This document shows positions 11,705 through 23,900 of a stretch of DNA of 64,000 bases, one piece after another. This stretch comes from Marsupella aquatica (taxonomy: Eukaryota > Plantae > Marchantiophyta): the NCBI GenBank assembly GCA_973895155.1, contig OZ316892.1, positions 6,741,251 through 6,805,250 of the forward strand. Reading direction: 5' to 3'. A program made the translations under genes and the position numbers. Position 1 is the stretch's first letter. Every line of letters starts with the position of its first letter. The notes under the pieces are model-generated. The model was not told the origin of the DNA. It did not search any database and saw nothing but the letters and a program-made list of their open reading frames with translations.

Positions 11705-13430
11705 TATAATAATTATACATTTGTCACACATGGATGTCAATGTCTACACCGATTTGTATATGTTGTTGTTGCACAATGCCTTGTTGATCCGACATTGTGG
11801 TCTTTGTATACACTGATGTCAATGTATACAAGACCTAGCATTGAGGCTCCATGTCATCGTGCAGCCGCATGGTGTATGGTTTGTTTGACATTACACTTGA
11901 TTTTTGTATGCATTGTGGTCAATGTATACAATGTCAATCGTACATGACTCAATTGAAACTGTGATAAGAGTTGACTGCCTTTGCCAATGCAACCGGACAC
12001 TAAAGAATAGTAGAACATGTTGTGTTTTACAATGACAATCTCACATTATAAGGACTGCATAGTGCGTTCGAAGAACATCTCACACAAAATGGGACCTGTG
12101 GTGGGCCCAGAGGTCCACTGGGAGAGAGTGCAGCTTTTGGTCTGTTAAACCGCAAATACGAGTATAAGGGGCTCCGGGTTACCCAGAGTCCTCATTCTCA
12201 AGTGCATCCAACACTTGAAACGGCGGGCATCACAGCAACGCCTCTCTTGAGCAGTTCAATTTGCATTGAAAGTTGCGCTTACCCTCAGCCATCAGATCAG
12301 ATCTATGGCTCAAATCATAGGTCTCGTTGAGATCTACGTCTTTGAAAAAAACAGGCAAAATGGTTGGATATTTTGCGAGAAATAACAAAAAAACAAACAG
12401 GGCAATCTGATTGGCCAAATTTGAAATTTGAATTTCAGGGGGAAGGGTCGATCTGAGCCATCTGCATTTCTTGTCTCCATAAATCTTGTCCATCCATCAT
12501 AGTGGCCAATCTATGGCTCCAAAGAAAAATCTCAAAGAGATCTATGGATGGGTTTTGTCCGTTTTGTAAATGGGTTAATATTGGGTTATTTTTCAAATGA
12601 AAAATAAAACAAATCCAAGCCTTCCTAGCCGTCGATTTTGTTTATTTTCAATCTTTGCCGTCCATTTTGTAATGCCTCTAGAAATCTTATTCATCCATGT
12701 TAGAAGGCGATCTAGGGTGCAAAATAAAGATCTCAATGAGATCTATGACTGAGTATTTTTCGTTTTGAAGATGAGTAAATAGTTTTGAGTATAAAATTTG
12801 GTGAAATTTCAAGTTTCCAGCCATTCCTCCTCCCCGATCATGGGTTTCTATGCGCCCTTCCAAGCATTAATGGCCATACAATACGAGAGGTCCTTATATA
12901 CCGGGAGTTGTGGTTTACGTAAAAAAAAGGTACCTTTGGAGGTCCATTAAATATATCTCTCATACATTGCCACTAAATATGTTTGGATTGACAATTTTGC
13001 ATTGTTTTATTTGTATATTTAGACATATATCATTTATTTTTGTATATAACCCTAAACCCTATGTGACGCCGCCGGTACGGCGGGTAATGAGTGATTCGGT
13101 CTAACTGCGCTTAGCATGCGCGGTAGGGGTGTCTTAGGCTGTTATTATTAGCATACCGACAATATTTAGGTAGCCATTATGAGTAGGAAATTATTAGTCA
13201 ATAAGGGGAATCCATGTTCGGGCTGGCGGCGGGTCGCCATTCGCACGCCCGGGTTGCGGGCGTGTAATGGGCCCCCTTTTTCCCCTCCCTCGGGTCCATA
13301 TAACAAACACCGGGAGGCGGCCATTGACACGAGCTGACCCAGACCGGCGAAGTGGCCGGTACACTGTGAGCGTGAAAGGCTCAGCCTATAAGCGATGACG
13401 AGGCATTAGGGGATCGACGAGCTCTTTGGG

Positions 13431-13437
13431 TATAAAA
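13431..13437 (+). promoter_or_regulatory. TATA box candidate inside the solo-LTR-like element
   Basis: TATAAAA in gggTATAAAAggaggg, directly upstream of the long reading frame. Confidence 0.45.
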
Positions 13438-13451
13438 GGAGGGCCGATCCT

Positions 13452-16133
13452 TTGCAGTGCACCAATTCTTCAGCCCACGCGCCAGCTTTGACCCCAGCCC
13501 TCTCGCTTATCCTTAGTCACCTGCACACGATCCTTTCCAGTTTGGCCATACAATTCTGGACACAATTCCTATCTATCGGAAGGCACTTGGCCGACTCATT
13601 GAAACACGCCAATCCGCGCCAATACGAGATCAAACGCGAATATGAGGGGGCCATCCGCCTAGCAGGCCGCCACCACTATCTCCTTAACTTCGATTACCCG
13701 TCCCAGAGTGAGCTCTACCGACCCAAAGAAATCTCCGGGTACTTCTTCGACGGGGGCAAATACATTGGCTTCTGGGAAGCATTACTTCGGCTTCCGGACG
13801 CGGTCTTCTCTATCCCGGGCACGATTGATTTACAGCGGCACCACTTTGACCATATCCCCGCTCGGGTCCAGGCCATCATTAACAACGAGTTCAGCGCTAC
13901 CCGGTTGACAAGACCGTCTACGCTTGCTTCGGAAGACCTCTATCGGAACCTGCAGAACTTCATGGGAACCCGGCCATCAACAAACGTGGCCGGCTCAGCC
14001 AAGCCCGTGCCCATACCCACGCCTACACCTCCTCGGCCTCAGCCGAGTCGGTCCCTGCCATTGGTCCCACCACCTCTCCGAGTACGATCCGTGGTGAATG
14101 CGGTGAATATTAGCTCCGAAGACGAGGAGGCTCACCCTCCCCTGAATTGACGGCCACGGGGTACGACTCAACAAGCGCCGAACCACCCAACACCACTCCA
14201 ACAAGCCCCAGGGGATAACACGGTAACTCTAGCGACCTCGGCACCAATACTCACGGCAGTTGCGCTACCACCACCTGACCGAGAGGAAGGAGAGATGTCC
14301 CCCTCTTCTAGTCACCCCGGGAATCAGTCTCGAGGAAGGAAGAGGAAGGAACCCGGAGCCGTATCCAGGTTGCCGTTGGCCACGGTGGCGGTAGCCAAGC
14401 TGACCATGCATCGCATGGGGGACAACGTTCACAAGAACATCCTCCACCCCAAGCATGCATGCTATCTGAAGACCCAAGGGTTTGAGCACCTCGCCTCCCT
14501 CCCTTGGAACGGAAGCAGGTACTACGGGCAGGATATGACGAAGTTCATTCAGAACTTTGACGAGGCTCGTCAACAAACCCGAGCACACGGGAGAGTGATG
14601 TGTCTCAATGAGGCACGTCTGAAGATGATTTTTGGCTTACCTGAGGGGATAAACCGAGTAGAATCACGGGCTCCTGGGGGCAAGGGAGCTAAATACCAGT
14701 CCTCTAGCTTCCCGGCCAAGGGGGTAGTGGACAATGGGTTCCTAATGAGGACGTGCCTCATCCCGGAGGTAGCAGAACGCCTGGAGTTCCAGCGGTATGC
14801 CCTCCACATGATGGAACCCAGGGGCGAAATATCGGCCGCCCAGGTCATCCAGGTGGAGAACTATCGGCCCAGGAAGTGGGCGTCCTTCTTCATCAAGAAG
14901 TTCCATGAGGAGATGGAGCAAAGAAGAAAGACTTTGTACCTTGGCGGAAGGGCGTACTTCGCCAGCCACATCGAAATCATCATCGAGTGGTACGCTCGTT
15001 TCGACCGCCGCAGCCTCCCTCGTATCAACGAGCCCAAGCTGACCCCGTCAAAATGGGTGTTCCCAGCCCAGGTAAGGCGATCACAGCCTGAGGCCCAAGG
15101 TCCGACAGTTGCAAGCCCTGTTGCCCCGACCCTGCAACCCGCCACGGCCGCCCCGCCAAGCATACCCATAGACATTATCGCGGCCTTAGACGCGATCAAT
15201 CTGGACAACGCCATCAAAGTCGGGCCGGATGAGGCCATACCCAAAGCAGATGCCACGGTAGACGAGGAGATTCCGCCACCCCCCGCGGTTGTGCAGGACA
15301 ACCGCCCACCTCCAGTAGAACCAGCCCCTTCGACTGACTTACCTCAAGGGCTGGATGTGTCCACTCCTACTTCCGCACGGGTCGGAGTCTGCCCGTGCCC
15401 GAATCCAGATGGACACAGTTTAGACCATCCTGAACTCTTTGCGTCGGGCACATTTCTAAATGGGCTGTTGGGAGATTTCTCTCAACAGATCTCTCGGGAC
15501 ACCGAGGAATACATGGCCCGGAGGGTGGCCTACTTCTTCAACCAGGAGTTGGTTGCGGCTGTAAGGGCAGGACATGCGCAGGCAGAGACAGCGCAGAGAA
15601 TAGAGCGGTATTGGGTGGAGTCTACCTACCTGAAGGATGAAGTGGCAACCCTGGAGGCTGAACTCCAGCGGTTGCGGCCTCAGGTAACAGCTACGGAGGA
15701 CCAGGTGGCCGAGGCTAGGGCTCAAGCAGCCTTAGCAGTCCAGGCCGGGCTCGGAAAGGATGCAGAGATCGCGCGGCTCCGGACCAAGATTGACAGCTTG
15801 AAAGGGCAAACCGTCAGTTGGCAAAAGGATCTGGAGGAAGCTGACTCCAGGTCTTAGCGGGACACAGCCGAGATTGACACCCTGAAGGCAAAGGTGGCGC
15901 GGCTTCAAGGAGAAGCCACGAAACAGGCCCAGTTGGTGGATAAGCTGACAAGCGACGCCCAGCAACTGGAGGAGGCGTGTCAGGAGGCCGCAGAAGAGAC
16001 GGATGCAGCGAAACGGGAGAACGAATCTCTGCTGGACCAGGTCCAGCTACTCAAGCAGGACGCCGACCAACTCAGAAGGCAGCGGGATAGCCGTTCCCAC
16101 TCAAGCGGCTCTGGCAAGCGTGCCATGCATTAG
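13452..16133 (+). pseudogene. Single ~890-codon element-borne reading frame with two in-frame stops (track ORFs 13452-14150, 14295-15857, 15894-16133)
   Basis: The three ORFs share one frame, and the gaps 14151-14294 and 15858-15893 contain no stops. Layout: globular N-domain, Pro-rich linker, basic NLS-like RGRKRK, a block resembling plant transposon accessory domains (TRAHGRVMCLNEARLKMIFGLPEG), Pro/Ala linker, long coiled coil. Confidence 0.75.
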
Positions 16134-18624
16134 CGACAGAGTAGGATTAAAATAGAATTAGGAGTAGCTAAAACAGGCTATGGCAACCAGCGCTTGCCCT
16201 AGTTACAGTAGCGCTGCCGTACTGGACAGCCTGCCTAGATTAGGATCTTCTAATAAGACAAGCCATTTTTCGGCCTGACAGCCAGTTTAGTTAGGATCTT
16301 AGTTAGCGAATCTTCAGGCGCGAGGGCACTCCGTTCCTTGGCCCTTAGTATTTAGTGCACCCCTCAGTAGAGGCAGGGGGTTTTTAGTCTCAGAGTTGGA
16401 CATCCGCGGTATGGGCGGGGAGTCCTGACCTCTAGGAGTGAAAGAGTACCAAGGGGAGGGGGTAGGACTAAGCTCGCTGGGCGAGTACGGAGCCGGGCTC
16501 CGTTGTAGTGTACACCCTCGGCCTTGGACTTGTTCATTCCAGAGTTGTCGGGTCAACCAAGTGTACGCATATGTCCCCTATGTAGTAAAATCCTTTCCCA
16601 TTATTTCCTTCGTGTAAATCAAGATTGTATGCTTGTGCGTGTGTATGTGTGTGTGAATCTCGTGTATAGGTGCCAATGCCGGGCCGAACGCACTACCCAA
16701 GTTGTGCACGGGGTGCAACTTGCGGGTAAGTGGTTGCAAGCACGGGTTGAGTACCCGTATCATCGAATCCGGATCGAAGGCGGACAACACGAAGGCTTAG
16801 AAGCCCTTAAGCCGGGGTCGATCCTGCTATCGACTAAGGTATGTTCCGGCGGCGGAACACAAACCATACCTAGGAGGTGCCCGTATCTAATAGTAGGCGC
16901 ACTTAGCGCTAGTTTATGTGAATTAGGTGCATTCCGTGCTCCCCTCCCTGCCCGAACCCTCATATTTATGAAGGATGTGCCTGTCTAAGCTGAAGCCCGA
17001 GTTAAGGCCAAGGCTGACAATGTGACACCCTAAACATTGGTGAACTTATCATTCATATACAAAATTGAGATATTTTTGTAAATACAGTGGAAAAATACTT
17101 AAAAGGTGAATGAATATAATTTTGTATTATTAAAACACAAGAAGTCTTGTTGTCTCTTACGTCCTCCTTTTGGATAAGTCTATGCTTCCTTCGCTAGATA
17201 AGCTACATTACTATCTAGCAACTTAACTACAGTAGCTAGATAAGCTAGATAACCATGCAGGGGTCATTGTAGCAATAAAAAAATTTACGTAAAAAATTTC
17301 CTCACATGACCCCTAATTTTTCTAAAATCCACGTGTCTCACTAACAAGAACCTGGTTGATAACATACATTTTTGGGACTCCTCTTTTGGCTAGCGACCTC
17401 GCTAGCCATATGGAGTCATAAAAAAACACAAAATATATAGAAGGCAGAAAAAAGTAAAAAATAAATTAAACCATTAGTGTCTCGCTAGCAACACTCTTCT
17501 TGCTAACAAAATTCTTGTTTACTCGCATTATACAATACCTCACCATGTAGCATGAGGATAATGGAGTTGAGGGTGGCTTTTTACAAGAGGTGGGGGCCAT
17601 TGTGTCATTTTATTCCCACTACGATTAAATCTAGATAGCTTAATGAACAAAAACGGCTGCAGTCTGCTTTACCGGAAACCTGGGTACATTCATGTATGGT
17701 ATCTAGGGATCCTAGAGGGAAAACGGGCCCAAGGAAATGCTAATGTCAAGTGTTTATTTTGTTTTAGGCTTTTGCTTCTTTTCATTCTTTGTGAGGTGGA
17801 ATCTTGACCATATAATGAGTGGAACTATTGTAGTTGACTTTATGAGACCGGGGGGCTGATCATGGTATGGTGTCCAAAGATCCTTATGGCAAGTATTAGG
17901 CCCAAGGAAATATTAAATGTGGAGTGCCTATTTTTTTCTAGAATTGTAGCCCATTGCCTTGTTTCATTCCTCAAGAGTTAAAGAAACTGAAGAGTTAAAG
18001 AAACTGAAGTGTGGATGGACCTCCTTGTTCTATGAAGCTCAGATAGTCAGGCAAAGCTTGGATGGACTTTATCTTAACATTTAAATTGACTCGGAAAACA
18101 TTATTTACACTAAAAACATTAGGTCTTCAAACATAGACTTACATGCTATGGATTATGACGCAAGGCATGGTGGAGTGTGGAGGACAATGCACAGTGCACC
18201 ATGCAAATAGGCATCACATAAGAACCATACATATGGAACCTACATAGAGGGCCTAGTTTTGTAACAATATTTTATATTTATGTGGTTGGCCTAGTTTAAA
18301 ACAAAGCTTTTGTAGGTTGTAGGGGTCATCATGTAAATTTGTTTTTGTCTCACCAAGCATATACCTTACCCAGATTTCCAGCCAAAAGTGGCAAAGATTC
18401 TAAGTGAGATCAAATCCAGCTAAGTTGTCCACCGAAAAATGTGTTCTAGATAACTTCACTTTTTAGGATTTTTCGTTTTAGCCAGACTACCACTATGTCA
18501 CCATCATTATGTCAAAAGAAGATACTATGATTTCTAATACAATGTTATTCATTAATTAATCTAGAGTTCAATTCTCCATGTATTTTATAATACCTGGGTA
18601 CATTCTGTTAATTATGAAAATTGA

Positions 18625-19105
18625 ATCTACCTTTCAGATTTTGTGTTCAATATTTTTATTTTAATGTGTCTTAACTAGGTGAATCATTTATATTAATTTG
18701 ATTTTGAATTAACTTCTGGACCCCTTTTAATTTTAGTGAACTTAGAGTACTTTGAATGTATTTGGCTTCCCTCATAAATGTTTAATCTATTTTTCAATCA
18801 CGGATGAATTATCTTTTTTCTCATGAGAGTGAGAGAAATAAGTTTGAACTATGTGCATATTTGGCTTACTAAGTTCCCCTCATGATTTCTTTTACAAAAC
18901 TTATGATTTTAATTGAGTTGATTGTCATTACCTAGAAGCAAGTGAAAATTTATATTGTACACAACTTTTTAGTACCTTTGTACTTTCTTGGTCATAATCT
19001 GTTTTTCTTTGCATGTGTCACTCACTCTTAATTATCATATATTAATTTTTTGGCATATATTTTACATGTACCTATTTATTTTATCATAAAATAAATCAAA
19101 TGAAT
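18625..19105 (+). mobile_element. AT-rich dispersed repeat; inverted copy at ~51530-52030, weaker relatives at ~37600-37820 and ~39280-39550
   Basis: ttttaattttagtgaact...tttgaatgtatttggcttccctcataaatgttt matches the reverse complement of aaacatttatgaggggagccaaatacattcaaa...gttcactaaaattaaaag. The copies are colinear over ~480 bp. Confidence 0.75.
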
Positions 19106-19468
19106 TATATATCATTATAAGACCAAAAAAAGACATTTTCCAGATGAACATTTAATGGGGTCTTTGTGAGAAAATTCAATTTCTCCATGTATTTTATAAT
19201 ACCTAGGTACATTCTGGCTAACGGGGTCTTTGTGAGAAAATAACTATTGGACGACAGAAAACCCTCAACAAGTTTAGCCCGAAAGTGGCGAAGAAGAAAT
19301 GTAACCATCGTTTATTGAAAAAAGCAACACCAAAGATTTGTGACCAAAATCTGTGATTTCCCGATGAGACAGATCTGGCTAATTTCACCACTAGCATAAC
19401 ACAAAACATGGTTCCATCATTTTTAGTATTTTGCTTTGAAATTGAGAAACAAAGTCTCACAGCAGGAG

Positions 19469-19808
19469 TGTAGAGGTTAACTCAGTCTTGGGTTGAACTA
19501 TGATTAGTATGTTAACTAGGGTTAGAGTAAACCCTAGTTGAAGAGATTGGTCCTTATCTCTTCAATTTCTATGTGGTGTGAGAACACACAAGAGAGTTCT
19601 CAAGAGAGAACACAGTGATAAAGCAAGAGATGAGAGCTTGAAGAGATGAGAGCTTGGAGAGATGAGAGCTATGGTGATGCTTGAGTAGACACATAACCGT
19701 TAATAAAGCTTGGTCTTCTCGTGGACGTAGCCAACCTTGAGGCGAACCACATAACTATTGAACACGTGTATGTTTGGAGTGGTTTTCCTGATCTGATTTC
19801 TCCCCACA
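19469..19808 (+). repeat. 5' LTR of the copia element (340 bp)
   Basis: Direct repeat of 25504-25811, followed by the PBS. Confidence 0.95.
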
Positions 19809-20979
19809 ATTGGTATCAGAGCTCAGATTTTTTCAGTTGATTAGGAACTTCATAGAACTTGCTTCAAGCGAAGCGAACAGCGGATGATTTCCTCTTCGAA
19901 GCGGAGCTATTGGAAGAAGATCGGACTCAATTTTCTCACAAGTGTGGAGCACACAACCAGGGGCTCATTTCAGTGAAGCAATGAAGGCCTGAGGTCAGAA
20001 ATGGGAACAATTGTAAGTGATGGTTTTCAATTTACGTTATCGGGCAAGAGATAAGGTCAATTTCTCAGATCAGTCTTTTTGAGTGTTCTATCGGGACTTG
20101 AAACTGAGATACGTTTGAGTGCCTTGTCATTCTAGACGTTTCGATATCAACATCGTTGAATTCCATCAAACGGTTGAGAAGCAATCTTAATTTCAATTCT
20201 CGTTTTTTGAGCTCAAAATTTTGACTATGGCGGATAATTTAATATCAGTCACTTTCACCGAATTGTTTCTCCCTCATAACTCCACCATTTTGCAAGTTCT
20301 TTATATCGATCTTGATGCCCTCGAAGTCTAGTTTCTGAATCTGAAAGAAGAATTGAATTTCGTCAAAAATTGAGATGGGAATTTGAGTGAATCCGCCGAG
20401 GGGTACTTTCTGCCGCGAGTAGTCGCGACTTGCGCGTGCGCGCGAGGAGGTTGAAAAGTTTGAGGAAGGCCTTTCTAGGGCTCAACAGGGCTCGGGCAGG
20501 GGGAAGTGCCCCCTGTGAAGTCCCCCACAGGGGCTGTACAAGGGTGGATGAAATTTCCCAAAAAGATTCTTTTCCAGAGGCTTAAATTTTTACCAAAGGT
20601 CAAAGATTACAAGCGGCAAACAAAATAAGATCAACTTCAACTTTTGGAGAGGAGTACTTGGGGAAGCTAGGCAAGTATTGGTGCGTTCGATTTTGAAAAA
20701 TTATACTAGTGGAATCTTTGGCATAATAGATTCCCTCGAAGGATAATTATTTCATCTTTTACCCCCCTCCGGTCAGAGTAAAAATTCTCGGCACTCAAGA
20801 GTCCATTTGAAAAATCATTTTCAGAATTTGGAGCGTTACCTTGTGGGCTACACACAGGAGTGATTAGTTTCAAAATTCACCAACTTTCATTTTTGGCCTT
20901 ATTTTCACACCCCACATCTGAGTATTCAACGTTCAATTCTTGCGGAAGGCAACTCAACACAACATTTGGCATTCCAGCA

Positions 20980-23900
20980 ATGGCGACTACTAGGATTGGA
21001 GGTCAAAGGTTTGAGGTGGAAAAATTTGATGGTCGAATGGACTATACAATGTGGGAATGTAACGTGAGGGATGCACTTAGGGCGATGGGCCTAGGCAAGG
21101 TACTAACATCTCAACCCAAGGAGATGGAAGATGATGATTGGCATGATCTCCATGATCAAGCGGTAAGCATTGTTGGCATGTACCTGAAAAACCCCTGGGG
21201 AATCACTCGTTGGATTATTAGAACGGGGTGCGAATAAATGAAGGTTCTTTTTAATCTTGTTGGTGTAATAATTATAATCAAAAATTTGTACTAAAGGCGT
21301 TTAAAAATCCAATTTTGGTAAAAATATTAGTTTTTATATTCAGCAAGGTATTTAAAAATTTGTCAAAGCCATATAATCAAGGGTACAAGGGTATTTTTAA
21401 TTGAATTTATTTTTTAATTTATTTTTTCAAATTTCATTGGTTTGTTCTCACGTGTTTTAGGGGTTTTACTCTAAGTGATTCTTCAGGGTGAAAAACAATG
21501 TGAAGAAGCAGTTCGAGGAAAAATCAACACAAACGGTGACAAACTTGTTTCAAGCATTGCGCAACAAGTACTACAATAAGGAGATGTCAAACTGAATGTA
21601 TGCAAGCCTGAAGCTCATGCAATTCAAAATGGCTGATGGAGTCAAGATTTAAGATCATATCGATCAGTTCAATGATCTTGTGGTTGACCTAGAGAATTTG
21701 GGGGAGTATTTGAGCGAAGAAAAGAAAGCCTTACAACTCTTGAGCTCACTACCACCTTCATACCAATCTTTGTCTCGAGTTCTTCTATTCCGTGATAAGA
21801 TCACTATATCCTACAATGATGTGGTGAGTGCCCTGTTGACCGATGATATGCAGTCTAAGCTGGTTTCTTCAGCTCATCCTACCTCAACGTCATCATCAAC
21901 AGCACTGTTGGTAGAAAGAGGCAAGAGAAGGGAGCCATTTCATGAAAATAAAAGGTTTAACCCTCTACCCATGGAGCGAGGAAGATTCCAAGAGCGATCA
22001 TTTGGTAGGAGCAGGTTTAGATCTAGATCTAGAACTCGATCCAAATCATCATCCAAGTCTACTCGTGAGATAAAGTGTTGGAAGTGTGACAAAGTGGGCC
22101 ACATGAAGAAGGATTGTCGCGTCAAAGACACATTCAAGGAAGTTGCCGGTTCTTCAACCCAAGTAGTTGTTCAAGAAGAGGATAGTGAAGGATTTGCATT
22201 GTGTACCACTTCCCAAGTTGAGGATTGTCAATGGATATTGGATTCCGCTTGCTCGTATCACATGTGTTATATGCGTGAACTTTTCTCATCCTACACTCTT
22301 ATCAACGGATCTGTTTTGATGGGAAATAATCTTTCTTGCAAAGTTTTAGGGATTGGATCTGTAAAGATTCAACTACCCGATGGAAAGTATTGTATTCTAT
22401 CAAATGTCAGACACATTCCAAAAATGTGTAAGAATTTGATTTCTCTTGGCTACTTGGATGCGAAGGGTTATCAATGGAGTGCAACTGATGGGGTGTTAAC
22501 AGTCACGCACAGATCAAATAAAGTTCTTATTGGCAAGAGGAAATGAAACATCTATGTCTTGGAAGGCACCACCCTTCTTGCCGGAGTCAATTTGGTCACA
22601 TCTCAGGAGGAGAAAATCAATTTATGGCATGCTCGGCTTGGTCACATGAGTGAAAAAAGTTTGGAAATCCTACACAAGCGACATCTCCTACAAGAATTGC
22701 AAGCATGCAAGTTGAGTTTTTGTGATCATTGCATTGTCGGCAAGAAAACAAGAACTCCATTTCCGACTGTCATTCATCATCCTAAAGTTGTACTTGAGTA
22801 TATTCATTCCGATGTGTGGGGTCCTGCTCAGGTTTTCTCACATTCAGGCAAACAATACTATGTATCGTTTATCGATGATTACTCAAGGTTTGTTTGGATT
22901 TACTTTATTGCCCTTAAGTTTGAAGTGCTTTCCATCTTCAAACAATGGGTAGCTCAAGTTGAGACACAAACTGCAAAGAATGTGAGATACCTACGATCAG
23001 ATAATGGTGGTGAATGTATCTCTGGCGAGTTCAACACGTATTGTGCAAATAAGGGAATTACTCACCATCTCACAACTGTGTACAGTCCTGAGAAAAATAG
23101 TGTTGCTGAGTGACTGAACCGCACATTGTTGGAGCGAGCAAGGAGCATGTTGAGCCACTCTAAATTGCCACAAATATTTTGGGCGGAAGCTGTCAACATA
23201 GCTGCTTATCTAGTAAATCTCTCTCCTAGTCGGACAATTACTTATAAAACCCCCTTTGAGCTATGGCACAATCGACCTGCTGATTATTCAAAGCTTAGGG
23301 TTTTTGGTTGTGAAGCATATGCACATGTTCCTAGCAACAATAGGACTAAGCTAGATCCTAGAGCCCAGAAATGTATTTTTCTTGGTTATCAGCGTGAAGT
23401 TAAAGGTTATCGGTTGTGGGATCGAATTGATTGCAAGTTACTTGTTAGTCGGGATGTATCCTTCAATGAAGAAAAATCATTGAAGGAGAGGGAGATAGAT
23501 CAATTCCCTACTACTAACAAAGAACAATCTCCTCCTCTAGAGGATATAAGGGGAAAGGATGTGTCAGATGAAGAATATGTTGACACTATTGTAAGGCAAA
23601 GCACACTACAATCAGATCAGCCAGAGTCTTCAGTGCAAAGAGGAACTCGTAAACGTCAAGCCTGGGAAAGGTATGAAACTTGGCTTCCTTCTGATCATGT
23701 GGATTTGGATGAAGAATCTATTGATGCATTGGTGACAGAAGATGGAGATCCATCCTCATTTCAAGAGGTCCTAGTTTCTATAGAGAAGCAACAGTGGCAG
23801 GTGGCGATGCGCATGGAAATGATTCATGATAACAAGACTTGGGAACTCACAAGTCTACCTAGTGACAAGCAGGCTGTTGACAGCAAGTGGGTGTATAGGA

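Larger units (their letters stand above)
13062..17027 (+). mobile_element. 3966-bp solo-LTR-like element (probably Ty3/gypsy) carrying a long ORF
   Basis: Begins TGTGAC and ends GTGACA. Perfect 5-bp TSD CCCTA (13057-13061 and 17028-17032). GC/CpG-rich against AT-rich flanks. No second LTR copy, PBS, RT or integrase seen. Confidence 0.85.

Noticed and set aside
14265-15965. Several antisense ORFs inside the solo-LTR-like element
   Set aside because: Expected shadows of a GC-rich sense ORF; no independent motifs.
16524-16988. 154-aa ORF near the element's 3' end
   Set aside because: Non-ATG start, crosses a (GT)n-like tract, and has no protein-like features; more likely LTR R/U5 sequence.
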